In this document: positions 1-6,439 of the stretch, in pieces
Layout of the letters: the number at the start of each line of letters is the position of its first letter
How positions within the stretch are numbered: the first letter of the stretch is position 1
From: Amoeboradix gromovi X-113
Lineage: Eukaryota > Fungi > Sanchytriomycota
Reading direction: 5' to 3'
Assembly: GCA_018985225.1 (NCBI GenBank)
Contig: JADGIF010000558.1
Span: 1-6,677 of the forward strand
Length of the DNA stretch: 6,677 nucleotides
Translations under genes and position numbers: made by a program
Notes under the pieces: generated by a model
The model's input: the letters and a program-made list of their open reading frames with translations, nothing else
Told to the model about the DNA's origin: nothing
Databases searched by the model: none

Positions 1-2
1 AA

Positions 3-215
3 GAGTACCGTCTAAGAAAATGCACCTTTTGCTTAGATGCTCAAAGATCTCATATATTTGAACGAGATGCAGGGTCTTCTACTTTTATTTTAAAAAGAGG
101 AATACAATTAATGAAAGTAATGAAAGAAAATTGGTATAATAGATCTTTTATTAATGATAGCATCTCCTTTAATAGCGAGTTAGTCCAGTTTTTATATTTG
201 GTGTCCCATTACTAG
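3..215 (+). CDS. 5'-truncated ORF: C-terminus of a putative Fanzor/TnpB-like RNA-guided nuclease (second zinc knuckle plus RuvC-III-like segment)
   Basis: Frame +3 is open from the window edge to TAG at 213-215 and reads EYRLRKCTFCLDAQRSHIFERDAGSSTFILKRGIQLMKVMKENWYNRSFINDSISFNSELVQFLYLVSHY*. CTFC (21-32) is followed by F-E-R-D (Asp 66-68) and a hydrophobic helix ending ILKRG. This follows the Fanzor/TnpB pattern CxxC...(W/D)xRDxN(A/S)(A/S)xNI, although both Asn positions are substituted. The rest of the gene lies outside the window. Confidence 0.55.
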   Translation, partial: EYRLRKCTFCLDAQRSHIFERDAGSSTFILKRGIQLMKVMKENWYNRSFINDSISFNSELVQFLYLVSHY

Positions 216-267
216 GAATGAAGCACCCAAATACCGCTTATTGGAGCTGCCAATCAGTCTAGTAATA
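195..267 (+). ncRNA. Candidate omegaRNA scaffold fragment overlapping the 3' end of the Fanzor-like ORF
   Basis: Hairpin TATTTG-GTGT-cc-CATT-actagg-AATG-aa-GCAC-c-CAAATA (195-233) and hairpin ATTGG-agctg-CCAAT (240-254). ATTACTAG (208-215) is the exact reverse complement of CTAGTAAT (259-266). The position matches known Fanzor/TnpB omegaRNA loci. Boundaries are unknown. Confidence 0.3.
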
Positions 268-379
268 CTTGCACTCGCCAGCCAGCTATTGCTAATATAA
301 AAAGCATGTTTCCCGTAATGCATTGACTTAAGTTCAAGCGGAATTTGATATCGGTGTTCAATAAATTCTACTTCTATTC

Positions 380-624
380 TTTTTAAAACCACCATGCGAA
401 TTAAAATGATTTCTTTTAGGTGAACACAAATCAAGTGAGGTTTGTCTAGCAACGAGGCAAGGCATCGAACACATTTCTTCCTATAATTACTTAGGGGTGT
501 TGTTTTCACTGAGCGGCATCATGAAGTTTCCTTTACAACATTTTTAACCAATTTTGAAATCTCTACTGATTTAGAATGTAGATGCGATAGGAAACAAGCC
601 TTGTTAGATTGCGATGACGAAACT
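380..624 (-). pseudogene. Degenerate Fanzor-like relic A (RuvC-II region and CxxC)
   Basis: A composite of two frames reads SFVIAI / SNKACFLSHLHSKSVEISKLVKNVVKET / FMMPLSENNTPK (Glu 505-507), then NYRKKCVRCLASLLDKPHLI (CVRC 462-473). It aligns with relic B (SIPNKKILSA-RSKTLMLLISE-NT) and with YRLRKCTFCL...HI of the ORF at 3-215. The reconstruction needs several frameshifts. Confidence 0.4.
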
Positions 625-767
625 CTGAAGCTGGTATTCATTCTTCTCTTTCAAATTACTAGCTTTATGTAATTTACCGCAGTCCTTTTCATTATAAATA
701 TCTAGGTTTATTCTTGTACTACCAACTGATGCAATGACATGGCTTAAACAACTTAAATTAAAGGCTG

Positions 768-773
768 TTTATT
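768..773 (-). promoter_or_regulatory. Putative polyadenylation signal of the RING gene
   Basis: AATAAA on the - strand, 12 nt downstream of the TGA stop at 786-788. Confidence 0.5.
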
Positions 774-785
774 GTTAAGCTTTCT

Positions 786-2360
786 TCAAACATTTTGGGC
801 TGACTTGTCTAAATCACCTTCATATTTAATTGCTACTTTTTTCTCCTTGTCTTCTGGACATCCCAGGGCATTTTGGACAGATATTTCTTTAAATAGTGCT
901 AGTCCTTTTTTGAAATTCAATACATCTTTTAACTTGCAAATGGGGCAAGTTCTGTCTTGATCGTTGATACATGTCGCATGAAATGAATGCCCGCATCTAC
1001 CAACCACACTTGTATTTTGGTCCTTGTCCTCCATGCAAATGGTGCATTTTTCAGTCCACATTCTTTTTAACTTTAATGCAAAGTCATGTTTCTTAGCATT
1101 CGGATTCAAAGCTGACCAACTGTCAATGATCGGTATTGCGGAGTCATAATTTTCGTATGACGTAACTATAATCCAGCCAGTATACTGTTCATATTTATCA
1201 AAGTTTTCAAGGTTATTCAGAAACCCAGCTAACCAGTCGTTCTGAGCATCTTTAAATGTAGTGATACAGTTTTCGACTATACAATCTTTGAGGCTAACCA
1301 TCATCATTAATACCAGTTGCTTGAATACCCTTTCGTTGTTGATATTCCATTTACGAGCAAAATTAAAGATAGCGTCAGATTCCATTTTCATTTTTATATT
1401 CTTTAAATCGTAACAACGCAGATCCAATCCATAAACAGCAATCAGTGCTTTTGTTGGGGTTTCTTTATCAATAATACTGTAAAGTTCATGCATATGCATC
1501 GAAGCATCATTGCTTAAATAATAACGCAATGACTCAATAGCATAACGAATGTTCGGTGGAATGGATCGTGCTGAATTCCTCAAAGCGTTGAAAGAACCTT
1601 TAATTAAGGCAACTATGGCAGGATATAAACAATAAAGTGGAGAAAATATTGTAGCCAGAACAACAAATGCTATTACAAGGCCAGCAGGCACTGAGAGAGG
1701 CCATGTGACCATAAGCAATCCTATTAAAAGATGCCCCATCATCAGTTGCTTAATACCAAATACCAAAGTAACAATGTACGGTACACAGACAAGTAGAGTA
1801 ACTAATTCTCTTTTTTCTAAGTGACTTTTTTCTGGAAAGCTTAAATCCATTCCTTCAGCTCTTAGATTTACATATTGGTTATCATTTAAAGACATTCCCA
1901 TATTGCCAAATACAGATTCATCCGTTGGAAGACATTTAGACTCTGAATGAATTTGATGCATTAGATCATAGATTCTCATTATTTCATCGTAGTTTTTGAA
2001 CAAATTCACCATGACTGGTGAGTAGTGATCCAGATTTTCGCGAATACACGGCGAATCTGGTGGCTGATCTGACATTAAACATTTTAAAGTATTTTCCGGG
2101 TCATATCTCAAGCTCAAAGAATGAGACATGGAATTAAATTCTTCCCATCCAAAATAACTTCTTAATTCGCTTTGAAGGTTTAAGATCCTTGACAAATCAT
2201 TACAAATGCTAGGTTGCAAACCTAGACTTGAAAAAGCCAGCGAAAGAAAGAACATTGTAGATTTCAAGGAAAGCAATTTCCTCCAACTTATTTCAAGTAT
2301 GACGCTAGAGCTGGGGTATGATGTAGCATTTGCACGCAATTGAATTAGCTCATCGATCAT
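786..2360 (-). CDS. Membrane-anchored RING-H2 zinc-finger protein (putative E3 ubiquitin ligase), 524 aa
   Basis: Uninterrupted ATG-TGA ORF. C-x2-C-x13-C-x-H-x2-H-x2-C-x7-C-x2-C (CTICMEDKDQNTSVVGRCGHSFHATCINDQDRTCPIC) lies at 936-1046. A central hydrophobic block (LVTLLVCVPYIVTLVFGI...LLIGLLMVTWPLSVPAGLVIAFVVLATIFSPLYCLYPAIVALI) suggests 2-3 transmembrane helices. Confidence 0.88.
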   Translation of the reverse strand: MIDELIQLRANATSYPSSSVILEISWRKLLSLKSTMFFLSLAFSSLGLQPSICNDLSRILNLQSELRSYFGWEEFNSMSHSLSLRYDPENTLKCLMSDQPPDSPCIRENLDHYSPVMVNLFKNYDEIMRIYDLMHQIHSESKCLPTDESVFGNMGMSLNDNQYVNLRAEGMDLSFPEKSHLEKRELVTLLVCVPYIVTLVFGIKQLMMGHLLIGLLMVTWPLSVPAGLVIAFVVLATIFSPLYCLYPAIVALIKGSFNALRNSARSIPPNIRYAIESLRYYLSNDASMHMHELYSIIDKETPTKALIAVYGLDLRCYDLKNIKMKMESDAIFNFARKWNINNERVFKQLVLMMMVSLKDCIVENCITTFKDAQNDWLAGFLNNLENFDKYEQYTGWIIVTSYENYDSAIPIIDSWSALNPNAKKHDFALKLKRMWTEKCTICMEDKDQNTSVVGRCGHSFHATCINDQDRTCPICKLKDVLNFKKGLALFKEISVQNALGCPEDKEKKVAIKYEGDLDKSAQNV

Positions 2361-2619
2361 GCTTTTTAAGAAGCTTCATTATTCTGAGCGCGGAACACTG
2401 CAAAAAATTTAAAAGTTTTATAGAAGATATTTATCAAAGTCTGCACTATTTAAATATGGAGTTCCCACATTTTATCACCTGCGCTTTGTGTGAATACTCT
2501 TTGCTAAAGATTAATCTAGTGCGAATAAGGCTTAACACCACTATCTACTAGATCTTATTGGCTTGAAAATTGTTGCAACATTCATTCACAACTCCAACAA
2601 CTAACACATCAAAGGGGGT

Positions 2620-2890
2620 ACACTATAGGATTTCCCAATGCTCTCATACATTTCGTCATTTCGATGACAGCTGAAGCAGTCTTCAAATGTGTTGATTCAG
2701 AAATGAGCAGCATCAGCGTCTTGCTACGAAGCTGATAAAATTTTCTTGTTTGGAATACTATAATAACCGTTTCCTTTGTGCTTATAAGCTGCGTCACCAT
2801 GGGAAATAACTTTCCTATCAGTTCCCCCACCTTCTATATTTATCTTCGTACTACGGTTATAATCGTATATCATATTCATGGCCAACATAA
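2620..2890 (-). pseudogene. Degenerate Fanzor-like relic B (GD motif, RuvC-II Glu, first zinc knuckle)
   Basis: The frame from 2888 reads ...RKVISHGDAAYKHKGNGYYSIPNKKILSAS* (V at 2810, stop 2724-2726). The adjacent frame continues LRSKTLMLLISE (Glu 2696-2698). The first frame then resumes NTFEDCFSCH (CFSC 2667-2678). Order and spacing match the Fanzor1-type pattern VxxGD(A/G)xF...G..S.P.KK....L......(V/I)DExxTSKxCxxC. It may extend upstream to about 3050. Confidence 0.65.
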
Positions 2891-3110
2891 ATTCTAAGTC
2901 TTATTTTTTCAGTGACTGCAGTGCCCTAACAGAATTCATCTATAAGAATCTTATAATTTACCTAAAAGCTTTTATTCCACTGCCGAAAAGATCTTGTAAT
3001 GCGCTTTATTAAACTTTAATAATGTGGAACTATATTTATAATTTATTTCACAAGGAGAATAGCCTCTAAACGAAATCACTACGTTAGCGTACTGCTGATG
3101 CTGTCTAATT

Positions 3111-3674
3111 ATGAATCTTTCCCCAATGTTTCGATTTATTAAATATCTAGCACAGCTTTTTGGGTACATCAGTGTAGAAACTCCAAATTACAAGGTAGTA
3201 AAGAAAAACAATGATTATGAAGTCCGAGAATATGATTCGCAAATTCGAGCAATCACTGAATCAGACGGATTAACTAGTGGAAGTGGGTTTAGAAAGTTAG
3301 CCAACTATATCTTTGCAAGGGAACAGAACGAGGAAAAACCAGAGGCTATTGAAATGACTGCACCCGTTATTACAACAAAGCATTCTATGGCTTTTATCAT
3401 GCCCTCAAAGTATGCAAAGATTTCAGAATTACCTAAACCTGAAAAAGGAGTGACTTTGACTGACTATGAGCCCACGACTGTAGCTATTAAAAGATTCAAC
3501 GGAAGAGCTACTGACGAGGTGGTTTATAAGCATTTATCTGATTTGTCATTAAAGTTAAAAGCAGATGGGTTATCTTACGATCCCTCACCAAGTCTATATC
3601 GATATAACCCCCCTCATACTATTCCATGGTTTCGCAGAAATGAGGTGGTATGCGTCTTAAAACATCACCAATAA
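3111..3674 (+). CDS. SOUL/HBP family heme-binding protein, 187 aa (alternative ATG at 3126)
   Basis: Family motifs occur along the whole length: VETPNYKV, YEVREY, GFRKLANYIF, IEMTAPV, MAFIMPS, LPKP, VAIKRFNG and YNPPHTIPWFRRNEV. Confidence 0.95.
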   Translation: MNLSPMFRFIKYLAQLFGYISVETPNYKVVKKNNDYEVREYDSQIRAITESDGLTSGSGFRKLANYIFAREQNEEKPEAIEMTAPVITTKHSMAFIMPSKYAKISELPKPEKGVTLTDYEPTTVAIKRFNGRATDEVVYKHLSDLSLKLKADGLSYDPSPSLYRYNPPHTIPWFRRNEVVCVLKHHQ

Positions 3675-3675
3675 A
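3670..3675 (+). promoter_or_regulatory. Putative polyadenylation signal overlapping the SOUL stop codon
   Basis: In CAA-TAA-A the TAA stop (3672-3674) is part of AATAAA, and an AT-rich tract follows. Confidence 0.5.
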
Positions 3676-3757
3676 TACTATTTATTAATCAATAATTATT
3701 CTATCAGCATTAACATTGCATAACCTAATAGAGCTGATACTGCCCACTGTAAGGCGT

Positions 3758-3836
3758 CTTTCAGGTTAGTCTATGGGTGCACTTTATCAGTCAGAGTCGC
3801 AATACACAAGTTGTACTTTCAGGTCAGTGGCTGCAC
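3758..3836 (+). repeat. Imperfect direct repeat, 2 copies 58 nt apart
   Basis: CTTTCAGGTTAGTCTATGGGTGCAC (3758-3782) versus CTTTCAGGTCAGT----GGCTGCAC (3816-3836). Confidence 0.6.
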
Positions 3837-3987
3837 AGTATGGTTTCCAGTGTGCAACATCTATCTGGTGCAATTATCTTGCTGTGTACCATTGTACAGT
3901 ATAATCCAATGGATGAGGATTTACTTGATGCAGCGTAATCTCACGAATCCTCGTTTTCTGTCCGCTAATTACGCGTTCTATTTAGTT

Positions 3988-4008
3988 CACTAAACAGACA
4001 CTAAACAG
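3988..4008 (+). repeat. 10-bp tandem duplication with a 1-nt spacer
   Basis: CACTAAACAG (3988-3997), A, CACTAAACAG (3999-4008). Confidence 0.8.
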
Positions 4009-4756
4009 GTTGGGTTTCAATTTGTAAATAATTAGAAAAATGAAGAAATAGATTTTGTTTGAAGTCTTAACCAACTTACGTTATATATCTCGTCAATGAA
4101 TCATAGACCAATAATTAATAAATTCCTTCAACTTCGTGAAATCAGCGTTATTCTTTAAACATTAAAGTAAAGCTATGGAAGTACTCAGTTGAACTACCAA
4201 TAGTGGCTCTGTCTCTCTAAAATTTAATGCCAACTGCCTTTGCTAATTAGCATATTTAATATGCATAACAACACGCATAGAAACATGAGCAGTTCATGAT
4301 GAATTTGTTGAAAGCAAAGAGTAAATATGACAGGTTTAATAAAGATGCTAAGTTATGCCTTTTTATAAACATTAGTTGCAAGAGTCAAGTGTGGCTGCAT
4401 CAGTCTAGTTGTTCATGGGAATTCCTGATTTCCTAGAAAATCAAAAATTTCCACATAAACAGGAAACTCCAATTGACCCGTTACACACCATCATGATATT
4501 TGCCCTTTATTTATTACATATATTTCAGACCATTTTCTGAGTGTTGAGGAGTGTAATTCTTGGTATTATATTTTGACTTGACATATTACGGTAGAGATGA
4601 ATAGATGCCATAAGAAGAGTAACAATATTCTGCTTTAGGCAGAAAGAGAATTCTAGAGAGGCGGTCCCTCTGAGCGACATAGCTCATGTAATCAGAGTAA
4701 ATGATGTAAACAAAATTGACGATTGCTTGTTTTCACAACAAGGAGATTACTCAAAA

Positions 4757-6439
4757 ATGCGCTTATCTACTATCTCTCAGCAAGTCGTTAGCCTCGATGG
4801 CAACAGGCTTCATTGCTGCACTGTAGATGATATCGAATCAATCTGCATACTGAGCCATTTTGACTTTTTGCCTACTCAAGTAATCAGCAATGATTTTGCA
4901 ACCATTTGCTACAACGATTCTCGCATCGCGATAAAATTTATCAACAAGGTACACCACACATTTGATATTCTTAACATTATCAAATGCTCTTTCCACCCAT
5001 TTGATCCCTTACTTGTCGTCATTTTGCAAGAAAATGGTATTTCTATTTTAAAAAATTCTCAAGTTGTTGATCATTTTAAGTTCAAGTCTCTGTGTGATCC
5101 TGATTTAGTTCCTGTTGATATGATAGTTTGCAAGCACTTCATATATGTAATTAAGAGAAACGGCTCAATGTCATTCTTGTTTTATCTTCCTCCAACATCT
5201 AAGTTATCTACACACGACTTTGAGGCCATCAAGAGTAGAATTAACGATGATCAATACAGTCATTCGATAACCGACCAGGTCACATTAATCCGCAAGGAGT
5301 CCATAAAATCTAAATTCCAATCAATCGATATTCCCCAGTCCAATTTTGACACCACTAGTGCAATAGTTAAACATCTTGATAATGATACATTCGCGTTTTT
5401 TAGGGGGCACTCAAATGCTTCTTTAGATTTCTTTATTATTCAAAATACTCAAAGCGCAAACTTAATTGAAACTTTTAATTTATTTGACTCGCCAGTAGAT
5501 GCTCCTGTATATTTAAAATCGGACCCTATATTTGATGATTTGATATATGCTCACTCTGAATCATTATTCGCGATTTATATTCCTTCATTAAATACAATAA
5601 CTCTTGATTTGATTAATAACCCTTCTATCATTCATATGATATCACCATACATTGATGACTTTACCGTAATCCATTCCAACCTCATAGTTTCCGTTGATAG
5701 TAAACTTCAAGTCATTCACAAACCACCTTATATTGGAAACCCACCTCTTGTGGAGAACGGTCGGGAGCAATGCATTTTGAATGAACCATTTTATGCTTAT
5801 GAGACATTGAGTCGATTAACATTTGGGTCAACTGAAGACAAACCATCTGCGATTAATTGGGAGTCATTGATTCCCAGCAAGTCATCTGTAATTAAATTAA
5901 ATGAAATTACTTGCCAATTAAGACAAGAGATTAGCATAATAAAGCAATGCCAGAACGACATGATAAAAAGAATAGAACTTCAGTCTTTTTTATATTCCTC
6001 GCAGATGAAGATGGTTAAAAATATTGAGAAAGAAGTGCAAACGGAATCTTCACCGTTTTTAATGAGAATTGAAAGATGCAATCAAAGAATACAGCATATG
6101 ACTAGTATGATGAACAAGATATCAAGCGGATATGCTGTATTAAATCAGAACAATGTTGACACAGAGGTAATAAACAAAAGACTGATGGACATCATGAGCT
6201 TGTATAATGCGGTAATAGCAACATTAATGTAGACCATGTACAAGGTTAAAACACAGCGTGATGATACGGATATTAATATTGAGCAAAAGGACAGATGGCA
6301 GTCGTACTTAAATGAGATGACTAAGAATATTGAGGAGCTTAAATTGAATTGCCAATTACAGAAGAGTGAAGCTGATGAGTTAACACAGCATTACATGGAG
6401 ATATACAAGAACAGCACAGCTAATAAACAGCAACTTTAA
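4757..6439 (+). CDS. Nup82/Nup88-like nucleoporin (beta-propeller plus C-terminal coiled coil); exons 4757-6211 and 6233-6439, 553 aa if spliced
   Basis: The first in-frame ATG is at 4757 (AAAAATG context). The N-terminus is beta-strand rich, with segments resembling Nup82/88 blades: SFHPFDPLLVVILQENGI (cf. WHP...LvvLtsDn), IYVIKRNGSMSFL..LP (cf. LYIL..dGDI...P) and YLKSDPIFDDLIYAH (cf. L..DP....y...H). A helical, heptad-like C-terminus continues in the same frame through ORF 6236-6439. Confidence 0.65.
6212..6232 (+). other. Putative 21-nt spliceosomal intron (phase 0)
   Basis: GCG|GTAATAGCAACATTAATGTAG|ACC. It has a GTAA donor, a TTAAT branch-like motif just before the TAG acceptor, and a length of 3n. 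Its removal deletes the only stop between two same-frame ORFs. Confidence 0.72.
6422..6427 (+). promoter_or_regulatory. Putative polyadenylation signal inside the last codons of the Nup82-like gene
   Basis: AATAAA ends 9 nt before the TAA stop at 6437-6439. Confidence 0.4.

Noticed and set aside
192-509. 105-aa GTG-start ORF as an independent gene
   Set aside because: Non-ATG start in a eukaryotic context; better explained as one frame of Fanzor-like relic A.
772-960. 62-aa + strand ORF
   Set aside because: TTG start, antisense to the RING gene, no recognisable motifs.
2330-2551. 73-aa + strand ORF
   Set aside because: TTG start, overlaps the RING gene start antisense, no recognisable motifs.
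2609-2830. 73-aa - strand ORF as a gene
   Set aside because: GTG start; only LRSKTLMLLISE appears meaningful, as part of frameshifted relic B.
2940-2961. 22-nt GT-AG segment on the - strand containing the palindrome TATAAGA-A-TCTTATA
   Set aside because: Splicing it does not restore a sensible reading frame, and short AT-rich palindromes are expected by chance.
2972-3169. 65-aa - strand ORF
   Set aside because: Overlaps the SOUL start antisense; at most its distal part belongs to decayed relic B.
3758-3836. CRISPR array
   Set aside because: Only two imperfect copies of unequal length, no cas genes, and a eukaryotic context.
3811-3993. 60-aa + strand ORF
   Set aside because: TTG start, no motifs, lies within the repeat/stem-rich segment.
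4727-4756. TTG start for the nucleoporin-like ORF
   Set aside because: Bacterial-style start call; the ATG at 4757 in an A-rich context is more plausible.
6236-6439. Separate 67-aa gene
   Set aside because: Same frame as, and 3 nt from, the upstream ORF with an intron-like junction; treated as exon 2.
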